DNA of 64,000 nt from an uncultured delta proteobacterium (GTDB lineage: Bacteria; Myxococcota_A; Polyangia; Polyangiales; Polyangiaceae), in the NCBI GenBank assembly GCA_963850305.1, contig CAWKKR010000007.1:352001-416000 (forward strand), in the 5' to 3' direction. Both the position numbers and the translations under genes were made by a program. This document shows, one piece after another, positions 10,997-20,291 of this stretch. Positions within the stretch are counted from its first letter, which is position 1. Every line of letters begins with the position of its first letter. Below the pieces are notes generated by a model, which worked only from the letters and a program-made list of their open reading frames with translations, was not told the DNA's origin and did not search any database.

Positions 10997-12252
10997 CAGC
11001 CTGCGGTCGATCTACCATGAACGCGAGAGTCCTCGCCCGGGGATCCTCCTGCGCTTCGCGGGCTCGAACTCGACGGTCTTGCCGGAGGGAGACGGCGCGG
11101 CGGGATCGCGACCGGCGCGTTGGCGAGGCTCGGAACGGCGTGGCCCGAGAGCGGGATGCGGTAGCTCTTCTTCGCCTGAATCACGGTCGAATGAAGTCCG
11201 TTGGCTCGTCGGAGGACGCGAACCGTCGTGTGATAGCGCCTCGCGAGCTGCGCCAGCGTTTCCCCCTTCCTTGCGATGTGCGTCGCGTACGCCGCACCCA
11301 CGCGAATGAGTCCGCGCCGCAGGAGCGCCGCGTGCACTCTCCGGCCCGTCTCCTGAGCGATCGGATTGTAGAAGCGGATGTGCATGTGGGTTGCGTGGCC
11401 AGGCGCGTGTCGGATGAGCGGCGGCAGGTTCCCTCTGCCGCGGAACAGAGTGTCGAGCCAGCCCGGGTCTTCGCCGATGCGCTCGGCCTCCGCCCGAAGC
11501 AGCGTTTGCAGCGAACGATCGATCAAGAGGAGTTCCACGTCCGTCTGTGTCACGAGCGCGCGGACGAACGCCCAGGTTCGCGCGACGTCGAGGTTCTCCG
11601 CGTTCGCTCGCTCGTACCAGTGACCGCCGCCCAGATAGTAGTAGCTGATGTCGACGTCGCGCCCGGCTTGATGACTGACGTGCGGACTCAGATGCCCCCC
11701 GTTCTTCGAGCTGATAGCTCCGATCTCGAGCTTCGGCGAATCCGGGAACTCCGCCGTGACCGCGTGGATGGCCGTCTCCAGGTAATGCACCGTCTCCTCC
11801 GTTGCCCACGCCTCATCGGGGCTGACGACGTCCCACGCGTCGCCGGGTGGCATTCGCACGCCATTGAAGAGAAGCCCCGCGTTCGTCTTGCCGATCGACA
11901 TCGAACCGAGCGACTTCGGGTCCGAAAGGAGCCGGCGATCGAGCTCGGCGTCGCTGACGCCGTCCAGGGGGCTCGGGTGCACCGTGGCGTCGGGCGGCGG
12001 CGCGACGTCCAGGGAATCTTCGGGCGGCTCGCTCTCGTCCTCGCTTGCCGTTTCTAACGCTTCGCCGCCGCTGTCGCTCGCCGCGGTAGCTTCCGCCGCC
12101 GGGGTCGGCCGAGCGCGCGGGACGGTGTGAGGCTCGGTCGCGGGCACTGGTTTCGCCGCATTTGACGCGAGCGGTCGTGAACCCGGCACGCAGCCTGTCA
12201 TGGCGGGCGCGACCGCCAGAACCGCGGTGACGAACGGTCGTCGCCAAAGCAT
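10996..12252 (-). CDS. Penicillin-insensitive murein endopeptidase (MepA/M74-like) lipoprotein with C-terminal LysM
   Basis: Signal ending MTGC. SIGKTNAGLLFNG, GGHLSPHVSHQAGRDVD, GHATHMHIR; LysM-like HIARKGETLAQLARRY…ANGL. Confidence 0.85.
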   Translation of the reverse strand: MLWRRPFVTAVLAVAPAMTGCVPGSRPLASNAAKPVPATEPHTVPRARPTPAAEATAASDSGGEALETASEDESEPPEDSLDVAPPPDATVHPSPLDGVSDAELDRRLLSDPKSLGSMSIGKTNAGLLFNGVRMPPGDAWDVVSPDEAWATEETVHYLETAIHAVTAEFPDSPKLEIGAISSKNGGHLSPHVSHQAGRDVDISYYYLGGGHWYERANAENLDVARTWAFVRALVTQTDVELLLIDRSLQTLLRAEAERIGEDPGWLDTLFRGRGNLPPLIRHAPGHATHMHIRFYNPIAQETGRRVHAALLRRGLIRVGAAYATHIARKGETLAQLARRYHTTVRVLRRANGLHSTVIQAKKSYRIPLSGHAVPSLANAPVAIPPRRLPPARPSSSSPRSAGGSPGEDSRVHGRSTAG

Positions 12253-12324
12253 CTCGACGCCACGATGCCATCGTTTCGGCGGATTCGCCAAACCCGGGTG
12301 GCATGGTATGCGGGCCCCCCACCG

Positions 12325-15249
12325 ATGCGCGCCCGTCCTCAGGATACCGACAGCCCCGTCGCTCTTGCGCGCGCCATCGACCCAGCTCGCGCGGCCGAGC
12401 TCGAGCGCGACCTCGGCACCGGGGACGGGCGGGGTCTCGGTGTGTTGCTCGGCACCGCCTTCCCCGCGCTGCGGCCGGGTCACGGCTGGCAGCTCGAGGC
12501 GCTCGATCGACTGGCGCGGCGCAGCCTGCGATCCCGTCGGAGTCGCGAATTTCTGGCGAGCCGTCTCCTCCGGCGGATTGGCGGTATCGACGACCATGAA
12601 CGGGTGAAGACGGGGCTGCGCCGCGGCACCTGGGCGCTCCGCGCCCGCGTCGCGTTACGTGAAGTCCTGCCGCGCTCCCTCGGCGGCACGACGGTGGACG
12701 TGACGGCTCGCGAGCTCAGCTTCATCGCGGAAGCGGGCCTCGAGATCGCCCTCGCCGAAGCCATCCAACACGTCACGGCCCGCTTCGGGGAACCTCGTCG
12801 CGCTTCCGGCGAACCGTCGAGCGTCGTCGTGTTCGGGCTCGGTAAGCTCGGCGGCATCGAGCTCAACACCGGCTCCGACGTGGACGTCGTACTCGTTTAC
12901 GACACGGACGACGGCGCCGCCGGCGATGTGACGCTGCACGAATTCTGGACGCACGTCGCGCGCCGCACGGTCGCGACTATCGAGGCCCCGACGGAAGACG
13001 GCTTCGTCTGGCGCGTCGATCTGCGACTGAGACCGGAAGGGTCGCAAGGGCCGCTCGTCTATTCGTGGGCCGCCGCGGATCGCTATTACGAAACGTGGGG
13101 ACGTCTGTGGGAGCGCGCTGCTTTTCTTCGCGCGCGTCCGGTCGCCGGCAATCTGGCGCTCGGCGACGCCATCTGGCGCGAGACTCTCGTGCCGTTCGTT
13201 TACCGGCGCCACGTGGATCCGTCCCTCGCCACGCTCCTCGTCGAACTCGTGCAGCGTTCGCGAACGGAGCTTCGTGTCGAGGCGACTCGCAACCTCAAGC
13301 TTTGCGCCGGAGGCATCCGGGAGGCGGAGTTTTTCGTCCAGGCTCTCCAGTTGATCTGGGGCGGACGTGAACCGAGCGTTCGCGTCCCGGGAACGCTCGC
13401 CGCTCTGCAGAGATTGCAAGGCAAGGGCCTCGTCACCGATCGCGAAGCGCGGGACATCGGCGACGCGTACGTCCTTCTGCGCCGCACCGAGCACGCGATC
13501 CAGTGGCGAACCGGAGTCCAGACCCACGACCTTCCCGAGGACCACGCGGAGCTCGACATTCTGTCTCGCATCCTCGGTTTCTCGAGCGAGAGCTCGTTCG
13601 TGGACGCGCTCTCCGTTGCCCGAGGCAAGGTGGCGGAACGGCTCAAATCGTTGCTGCCCGAGACTCCGCGTAGCCCCCAGCGGTACACGGTCCTGCTGGC
13701 GGAGCTCGAGCAGCCCACCGGCGCGCTATCGGCCGCCGTCGAAGAGCAGTTCGGCGACGCGGACGTCTCCGAGCACTTGCTTCGCCTCGCGCAGCGGCCG
13801 GACGGGTTGCTCGGCTCGGTCACGCGTGATCGCTACCCGGGCTTCGTGGACCGCCTGCTCGAGGCCGTTCGAACCTCTTCCGACCCGGAGCAGGCGGCGC
13901 GCTACCTGCGCTCCTTCTTCGAGCGATTCTCGTCTCCCGACACATACTTCGCCGTGCTCGCGGACGAGCCGCAGGCCGTCCGCAGACTCGTCACCGTCCT
14001 CGGCGCCAGTGCGTTCGTGGGGGAAGCGATAGCGGCGCGACCGGATCTCGCCGACGTCGCGCTCTTCGGAGACGGCGCGGTTTCAGTCGCCGACGCTCAT
14101 CTGGCCGTACGCCAGGAGATCGCGGCCCTCGTCGACGAGCCGTTGCAAGAGCCGCACGAACGCCGTGAGGCGTTCATCGGTGCGCTCCGGCGCGCGCAGC
14201 GACGCATCACCATCGAGGTGGCTATCGCCGACCTCGCGGGCCAGCTCGACACGCGCGAGGCCACCCGTGTCCTCTCCGCGCTCGCCGATCAGATCCTCGA
14301 GAGCGCCGTCGAATACGAAATGGGCCCGAGGCCCCGGGGACTCGCGGTCATCGCAGTCGGCAAGCTGGGGGGCGGCGACATCGGCTACGGCTCGGACCTC
14401 GACGTGATCTTCATTTACGATCCGGCCTCGAGCCCCGAGGGCCAGCACGCGCTCGACTACTTCTCGCAACTCGCCCAGCGCATCATCCGCCTCGTCACGG
14501 AGCCGCACACGGTCGGCGCGGGTTACGATCTGGACACGCGGCTCCGGCCTTCCGGCTCCCAGGGGCTCCTCGTCACGTCGCTCGCGTCGTTCGCGCGGTA
14601 CCACGGCGTGCCCCTCGAAGACGCCTCCGATCCCGATCGGCTCACCGTTTCCTCCTCAGGCGCGGCGTGGGAGCGGCAGGCGCTCCTTCGCGCGCGCGTC
14701 GCCGCCGGTGACGAAGCGCTGGGTACGCGAGTCCTTCGCGTCGCTCACGCCGCCGCCTACGAGCGGGGCGCCGCGCCCGCGGAAGAGGTGCACCGCATGC
14801 GTCTGCGCATGGAGCAAGAGCTCGGGCGCGAGCGCGCGGGGCGCTGGGACCTGAAGACGGGTCGCGGCGGACTTCTCGACGTCGAGTTTGCGACTCAGTG
14901 GCTCCAGATGCGACACGGAATCGATGTCCGGGTCCGCACGCCGGACGTCCTCGCCGCTCTTCACTCGCTCCGCGAAGCGGGGTACCTGTCGCGTTCGCCG
15001 TTCGAGGCTCTCCGGGACGGATACCTGTTTCTCCGGCGGCTGGAGCAGCGGATCCGGATCGTCCACGGTACCGGCTCCATGATCCTCGACGCGGGCGGAC
15101 CGGGCCTTTCTAAGCTTGCCCGGCGGATGGGGTTCCGGGACACCGAAGCGGAAGGGGACGCCCTCCTCGACGAGTACGCGGGAATCACCCGCGGCATTCG
15201 AGCGGCTTACCTGCGCGTGCTCGGGATCGAGGGTGCTGGCCAGTCGTGA
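12325..15249 (+). CDS. glnE: Bifunctional glutamine synthetase adenylyltransferase/deadenylylase
   Basis: Two NT domains: GKLGGIELNTGSDVD…DLRLRPEG…WERAA and GKLGGGDIGYGSDLD…DTRLRPSG…WERQAL; KL..GGIRE.EF and LK.GRGGL.DVEF. Confidence 0.93.
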   Translation: MRARPQDTDSPVALARAIDPARAAELERDLGTGDGRGLGVLLGTAFPALRPGHGWQLEALDRLARRSLRSRRSREFLASRLLRRIGGIDDHERVKTGLRRGTWALRARVALREVLPRSLGGTTVDVTARELSFIAEAGLEIALAEAIQHVTARFGEPRRASGEPSSVVVFGLGKLGGIELNTGSDVDVVLVYDTDDGAAGDVTLHEFWTHVARRTVATIEAPTEDGFVWRVDLRLRPEGSQGPLVYSWAAADRYYETWGRLWERAAFLRARPVAGNLALGDAIWRETLVPFVYRRHVDPSLATLLVELVQRSRTELRVEATRNLKLCAGGIREAEFFVQALQLIWGGREPSVRVPGTLAALQRLQGKGLVTDREARDIGDAYVLLRRTEHAIQWRTGVQTHDLPEDHAELDILSRILGFSSESSFVDALSVARGKVAERLKSLLPETPRSPQRYTVLLAELEQPTGALSAAVEEQFGDADVSEHLLRLAQRPDGLLGSVTRDRYPGFVDRLLEAVRTSSDPEQAARYLRSFFERFSSPDTYFAVLADEPQAVRRLVTVLGASAFVGEAIAARPDLADVALFGDGAVSVADAHLAVRQEIAALVDEPLQEPHERREAFIGALRRAQRRITIEVAIADLAGQLDTREATRVLSALADQILESAVEYEMGPRPRGLAVIAVGKLGGGDIGYGSDLDVIFIYDPASSPEGQHALDYFSQLAQRIIRLVTEPHTVGAGYDLDTRLRPSGSQGLLVTSLASFARYHGVPLEDASDPDRLTVSSSGAAWERQALLRARVAAGDEALGTRVLRVAHAAAYERGAAPAEEVHRMRLRMEQELGRERAGRWDLKTGRGGLLDVEFATQWLQMRHGIDVRVRTPDVLAALHSLREAGYLSRSPFEALRDGYLFLRRLEQRIRIVHGTGSMILDAGGPGLSKLARRMGFRDTEAEGDALLDEYAGITRGIRAAYLRVLGIEGAGQS

Positions 15250-15264
15250 TACCGTTCGAATCCG

Positions 15265-16248
15265 ATGTTCGAGCGCCCGCGACGCAATCGCGTCAATGAG
15301 GCCGTCCGAGGGCTCGTCCGCGAGACGAGCTTGACGGCTTCGCATCTGATCTGGCCGACCTTCGTGCACGAGGGTCGGAACCGGGAAACGCCGATTTCCT
15401 CGATGCCCGGCCAGTCCCGGCTCACGATCGATCTACTCGTCGAGAGAGCAAAGGCGGCGCGCGACGTCGGAGTCCCCGGGGTCGCGCTGTTTCCCGCGCT
15501 CGAGGACGCGCTGAAGGATCCCCGCGGCCGCGAGAGCATGAATCCGAGTGGACTCTTGCAGCGGGCCGTGGCGGCGCTGAAGGAGCAGGTGCCGGGGTTG
15601 CTCGTCGTCACCGACGTGGCGCTCGATCCGTACAGCTCGGACGGCCACGATGGAGTCGTCATCGACGGGCGCATCGACAACGAAGCGACGGTGCCGATCC
15701 TCGCCGCGATGTCCGTCGCGCAGGCACGCGCCGGCGCCGATCTCGTCGCGCCGAGCGACATGATGGACGGCCGTGTCGGCGCCATCCGCGCCGCCCTCGA
15801 CGAGGCCGGGTTCGCGAACGTCGGCATCTGCAGCTACTGCGCGAAGTACGCCTCGTCGTTCTACGGACCCTTTCGCGAGGCTCTCGATTCCGCGCCGAAG
15901 AGCGGCGACAAGAAGACGTACCAGATGGACCCCGCGAACGTGCGCGAAGCCCTGCGCGAGGTGCGCCTCGACGAGGCCGAGGGGGCCGACTGGCTCATGG
16001 TGAAGCCGGGTCTTCCGTACCTCGACGTCGTGCGCTTCGTGCGCGAACACACGAATTTACCCGTCGCCGCGTATCACGTGAGCGGCGAGTACGCGATGCT
16101 CAAGGCCGCCGCGAAAAATGGCTGGCTCGACTACGACCGATGCCTCCTCGAGAGCCTCCTGTCGCTCCGCCGGGCTGGCGCGGACGTGATCTTCACCTAC
16201 GGCGCCGTGGAGGCTGCGCGGCTGCTCGCGGGCGGCAAAGCCGGCTGA
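15265..16248 (+). CDS. hemB: Porphobilinogen synthase (delta-aminolevulinic acid dehydratase)
   Basis: RPRRNR, DVALDPYSSDGHDG, APSDMMDGR, KYASSFYGPFR, KKTYQMDP, MVKPG..YLD, YHVSGEY. Confidence 0.97.
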   Translation: MFERPRRNRVNEAVRGLVRETSLTASHLIWPTFVHEGRNRETPISSMPGQSRLTIDLLVERAKAARDVGVPGVALFPALEDALKDPRGRESMNPSGLLQRAVAALKEQVPGLLVVTDVALDPYSSDGHDGVVIDGRIDNEATVPILAAMSVAQARAGADLVAPSDMMDGRVGAIRAALDEAGFANVGICSYCAKYASSFYGPFREALDSAPKSGDKKTYQMDPANVREALREVRLDEAEGADWLMVKPGLPYLDVVRFVREHTNLPVAAYHVSGEYAMLKAAAKNGWLDYDRCLLESLLSLRRAGADVIFTYGAVEAARLLAGGKAG

Positions 16249-16268
16249 GCGAGGGTCGAGGCGGTTCG

Positions 16269-17123
16269 TCACTGCCCCGTCTCGAGGCGCGGCCCTTTCG
16301 CGAGATACGCGTTCAGCTCGACGCCCAGGAGCAGCGCGGTGCAGCAGAGCCAGAGCCAGATCAGAAAGACGGCGACGGCTGCGAGGCTTCCGTAGAAGAC
16401 GGAGTAACGGGCCAGCGATTTCGCATACACGGTGAAGCAGTACGAAGCCGCCATTCCGATGATGACCGTCGCGGCGGCGCCGGGAAGGATCACGGGGTTC
16501 TTCTCCCGGTGTCGAACGGCGACCCGGAAGAACGCCGCGACGACGATCCACGCGGCGAAGCTGCCTGCGGTCACGGTGACGAACCGGGGCACTATCTTCT
16601 GACCCCGCTCCGCGACGGTGAAGACGAAGGCGAGCGGACCTCCGGCGAGGAGCACGATGCCGAAGCCCGCCGCGACCAGGAGCGCGAGCAGCGCGATCAC
16701 GCATCCGAGCGCGATCAGCCTCTTCCGGACCCAGGAACGCCGTTCGACACCGAGGGCGATCTCGAACGCCGTCATCGCAGACTGAAACGCCGTGGCGCCG
16801 AGCCACAGCGAGCCGCCGAGAAACGCAGGGGCGACGGTGTGACTCCTGCCGCGCGTCATGTGGCGGTCGACGAGCGAATGAACCTCGTCCGGCGTGACGT
16901 CGAGCGTCGACGAGAGCATGGCGAGGACTCGAGGCTCGCCGCGGAGAACCCACGCCATGAGCATTCCGACCAGCCCCAGCAGGGGAATGCTCGCGAGAAA
17001 GAGCGAGAAGGCCATGGCGCTGGCGTCGACCAGCGCGTCTCGCTCCCACATCGCGCCGATCACGGCCTTCGCGGCGCGTCCCCACTCTGCCGCCATCCGT
17101 CTTGGAGCGGGCCCCAAATTCAC
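16269..17123 (-). CDS. YihY/virulence factor BrkB family membrane protein
   Basis: ASAMAFSLFLASIP…YSVFYGSLAAV.VFLIWLW…GVELN. GTG start 7 nt after TAATAT; alternative ATG at 17096. Confidence 0.85.
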   Translation of the reverse strand: MNLGPAPRRMAAEWGRAAKAVIGAMWERDALVDASAMAFSLFLASIPLLGLVGMLMAWVLRGEPRVLAMLSSTLDVTPDEVHSLVDRHMTRGRSHTVAPAFLGGSLWLGATAFQSAMTAFEIALGVERRSWVRKRLIALGCVIALLALLVAAGFGIVLLAGGPLAFVFTVAERGQKIVPRFVTVTAGSFAAWIVVAAFFRVAVRHREKNPVILPGAAATVIIGMAASYCFTVYAKSLARYSVFYGSLAAVAVFLIWLWLCCTALLLGVELNAYLAKGPRLETGQ

Positions 17124-17222
17124 TCCCGATATATTACCGGCTCGGCGTGCACTCCGGTCGAAACTTTCGGCCCCGACTTTTTGTGGACCCTCGCGGCTGA
17201 AGTCGCCGTAGTCTGAGCGGCC

Positions 17223-18026
17223 ATGAGGCGAAATGATTCGGCGCTCGCGCGCTGGTGCGTCCTGGTCTGTCTGTGCGGCGTCGCGTGCGACGAGAAGACT
17301 CCGGCTCCGGCTCCCACGGCGCCGTCCGTCGCGCCAGCGGCCGTGCCGGCACCCGCGCCGGTGAAGGAAGTCGCGCCCATCGAGCCGGAAGCGCCGGTGA
17401 AGAAGAAGGATCCGAAATCCTGCAAGGCGGGCAATGTCGTCGACTTTGACGGCGACGCGGCGCTCGAAGCTCAGGTTCGGTTGAAAGCCGGCAAGCCAGA
17501 GGGCGAGATCACGCTCGCGGACCTCGCGAAGGTCCGGTCGCTCAATCTTTCTCAGGTGAAGATCGACGCACTCGACCCGTGCATCTACCCCCACTTCACT
17601 TCGCTGAAGGATCTGTTCCTCGGCGCGGGCCGGCTCGACGATCTGTCGCCGATTGCGGGTCTCAAGAATCTCGAGGCGCTCCGCGCATCGCTCAACCACG
17701 TGTCGGATCTGACGCCCCTGTCGAAACTGACGAAGATGGATCGGCTCGATCTCGGCCACACGCGCGTGACCGATCTCTCGCCGCTCTCGAACCTGGTCTC
17801 CATGACGGAGCTCGAGCTCGACGACACCCAGGTCTCGGACCTCAAACCCCTCTCCGTGTGCACGAAGCTCGAGCGGCTCAGCATCCAGCGGACCAACGTT
17901 AAGGATCTGACCCCCCTGAAGCCGCTCACCGACCTCAAGTTCCTCTACACTAGCGGCGCGCAGATAGACGACACCTCGCCGCTCGCCGCGCTCGTGAGCC
18001 ACGGCCTCAAGATCATCGATCAGTAA
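17223..18026 (+). CDS. Internalin-like leucine-rich-repeat lipoprotein
   Basis: Lipobox-like GVAC, Pro/Ala linker, 22-aa LRRs (DLSPL..L..L..L.L..T.V). Confidence 0.88.
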   Translation: MRRNDSALARWCVLVCLCGVACDEKTPAPAPTAPSVAPAAVPAPAPVKEVAPIEPEAPVKKKDPKSCKAGNVVDFDGDAALEAQVRLKAGKPEGEITLADLAKVRSLNLSQVKIDALDPCIYPHFTSLKDLFLGAGRLDDLSPIAGLKNLEALRASLNHVSDLTPLSKLTKMDRLDLGHTRVTDLSPLSNLVSMTELELDDTQVSDLKPLSVCTKLERLSIQRTNVKDLTPLKPLTDLKFLYTSGAQIDDTSPLAALVSHGLKIIDQ

Positions 18027-18041
18027 TGCCCCCCGTCGTTT

Positions 18042-18599
18042 CTAGAGCCCGAGGAATTCGAAGAACTCGCTGGCCGTCTGGGCGGCGCGGCCGCTCCGCT
18101 TGCGGCGCGTCTGCTCGCGGTTCCACTCCGCGACCTTCTCGTTGTACCGGGCGTGCGCGGCTTGATAACTCTCGTCGAGCTCGCGTAGCTCGTCCACGTC
18201 GTTGTCGCCGTCGAGCTCGTAGGGACACTCGGTCGCTTCGACGATCTTGAGGCGCCGGAGCTTCCCCTGCTTCGTGAACTCGGGGTCGAACGGGTAGACA
18301 CGGCAGCCGAGCGGCCGGCTCGAGTAGATCGAGCAGCGGTTGTCCTCGCCCAGATACCGGCACGCGCCGCCCGAGTGCCGGAGCACCATGACGCGCTTGC
18401 CCTGTCGGAGCGTCGCGAACGCCTCGGGCTCGTCATCCATATCGATTCCGTGACGATCCGCCCAGCGGACGATGTCCTTTGCGCCGTCTCCCGTTCGCGC
18501 CGAGATCCGGCGGACGTCGTCGGGCGTCAGAGGAAGGAGCGGGTCCTTGCAGCAGTTCCCGCACCCGGTACACCGGAACTTGAGAAATGTGAAAGCCAT
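18042..18599 (-). CDS. YkgJ family CxxCxxCC cysteine-cluster protein
   Basis: CTGCGNCC…CRYL…RCSIYSSRPLGCRVYPF…C. Confidence 0.9.
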   Translation of the reverse strand: MAFTFLKFRCTGCGNCCKDPLLPLTPDDVRRISARTGDGAKDIVRWADRHGIDMDDEPEAFATLRQGKRVMVLRHSGGACRYLGEDNRCSIYSSRPLGCRVYPFDPEFTKQGKLRRLKIVEATECPYELDGDNDVDELRELDESYQAAHARYNEKVAEWNREQTRRKRSGRAAQTASEFFEFLGL

Positions 18600-18802
18600 G
18601 GCCGCCGCTGCCCGCCCGCATAGCAGGGCTCCATGCCGAAAGGGAGGGAATTGCGTTACCTTGTGAGCAAGAGCGACAGTTGAGTCGTCGTATCTACCAA
18701 AGGTTCGTGACGCTCGATGGCTGCGATTCTCGTCTTCGCGTCGTCGTCATGCGCCGGGCACGGAAGCCCGTGACGCTGGTCGTTGCAGTGTCCGTGGCGC
18801 AC

Positions 18803-19067
18803 GGTACACGCGGCACCCGAGCGGCCGGCTCAGTAGTTCCGCATCGACGAGCAGCGTCGTCCCCGAGGGATCAAAGAGGTACGGAACTACGCGAGCGGAG
18901 CGAGCCCGCCGAAGGCAGCGGGGGAGCGGGCGCGGAGCGAGCCGCGGGGGCAAGGCCCCCTTTCCTAGTAGATCGAGCAACGGCTGTGCTCGCCCGAGAG
19001 ACCGGCATGCGCCGCCCGAGTGCCGGAGCACCATGACGCGCTTTTCCCGACGGGCGACCGCGAACGC
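18803..19067 (-). pseudogene. Decayed fragment of a YkgJ homolog, split by a ~130-bp insert
   Basis: 18803-18836 aligns to 18293-18327, and 18967-19067 aligns to 18323-18422, including a 35-bp exact match (19009-19043 = 18364-18398). Confidence 0.85.
18834..18968. mobile_element. Putative MITE/REP-like composite insert
   Basis: 56-bp unit with terminal inverted repeats TAGTTCCG/CGGAACTA (18834-18889), then a GC-rich GCGAGCGGAGCGAGC…GGGGGCAAGGCCCCC…CTAG segment. AGTAG is repeated on both sides. Confidence 0.55.
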
Positions 19068-19168
19068 ATGTGGAAGGGAGCTCCTTCGACGGTTTCGGAG
19101 AAGTCGGTGGGTGCTGCCCTGGTCGTCGCAGTGAAGAGCAGGTATGGTGAACGTCTCGCGTTCGCACC

Positions 19169-20284
19169 ATGTCCCTCAAGATCGATCAGGATCACTCGCG
19201 GTTCCGGAACATCGTTCGAGGGAAGATTCGCCAGAATTTGCGGCGGTACATCTCGCAGGGCGAGATGATCGGCCGGAAGGGCCGGGATCTCGTCTCGATT
19301 CCCGTGCCGCAGATCGACATCCCGCGATTCGTCTATGGCCAGAAGCAGCGCGGTGGCGTGGGCGAGGGCGAGGGACAGCCGGGCGACCCCGTCGGCGGTC
19401 AGGACGGCGAGGATGCGCAGAGCGGCCCGGGCAAGGCCGGCGAGGGCGCGGGGGAGCACGTTCTGGAGGTCGACATCACCCTCGATGAGCTCGCGGACAT
19501 CCTGGGCGAGGAGCTCGAGCTGCCGGCGATCGAGAACAAGGGCCGCAATCGGATCCAGAGCGCGAAGGATCGATACACCGGGATTCGCCGCGCCGGACCC
19601 GAGTCCCTCCGGCACTTCAAGCGCACCTATCGCGAGGCCCTGAAGCGCGCCATCGCCGCCGGCGCCTACGATGCGAAAAACCCCATCATCGTCCCCGAGC
19701 ACGAGGACAAGCGCTACCGCTCGTGGAAAGAGAACACGGAGCCCGTCGCGAACGCCGTCATCATTTACATGATGGACGTCTCGGGCTCGATGGGTGACGA
19801 ACAGAAGGAGATCGTGCGCATCGAGAGCTTCTGGATCGACACGTGGCTCCGCCGCCACTACCAGGGCCTCGAGAGCCGCTACATCATCCACGACGCGGTT
19901 GCGCGCGAGGTCGATCGCGATACCTTCTTTCACACGCGCGAGTCGGGCGGCACCATGATCTCGAGCGCGTACAAGCTTGCCGCGCAGCTCATGGATGATC
20001 ACTACTCGTCCGAGGAGTGGAACATCTACCCGTTCCATTTCTCGGACGGTGACAACTGGAGCATGGACGACACGTTGGCGTGCATGGAGCTCCTCCGGAA
20101 GGGCATCCTGCCGCGCGTGAACATGTTCGCGTACGGGCAGGTCGAGAGCCCCTACGGTTCGGGTCAGTTCATCAAGGACCTTCGCGAGCACTTCGGAAAA
20201 GACGAGAGCGTCGTCACCAGCGAGATCCGTGACAAGGACGGCGTGGTCGGCAGTATCAAGGAATTCCTCGGGAAGGGGCGGTGA
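19169..20284 (+). CDS. DUF444 (YeaH/YhbH) family protein with VWA-like motif
   Basis: [56 protein letters not shown]. Confidence 0.93.
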   Translation: MSLKIDQDHSRFRNIVRGKIRQNLRRYISQGEMIGRKGRDLVSIPVPQIDIPRFVYGQKQRGGVGEGEGQPGDPVGGQDGEDAQSGPGKAGEGAGEHVLEVDITLDELADILGEELELPAIENKGRNRIQSAKDRYTGIRRAGPESLRHFKRTYREALKRAIAAGAYDAKNPIIVPEHEDKRYRSWKENTEPVANAVIIYMMDVSGSMGDEQKEIVRIESFWIDTWLRRHYQGLESRYIIHDAVAREVDRDTFFHTRESGGTMISSAYKLAAQLMDDHYSSEEWNIYPFHFSDGDNWSMDDTLACMELLRKGILPRVNMFAYGQVESPYGSGQFIKDLREHFGKDESVVTSEIRDKDGVVGSIKEFLGKGR

Positions 20285-20291
20285 TCCGAGG

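Noticed and set aside
18747..19034. 95-aa minus-strand ORF as a real gene
   Set aside because: It is a chance read-through of the decayed YkgJ fragment and the inserted element.
18293..19067. Diversity-generating retroelement (TR/VR pair) in the YkgJ duplicate
   Set aside because: Mismatches are not adenine-specific, include indels and many synonymous changes, and no reverse transcriptase is present in the window.
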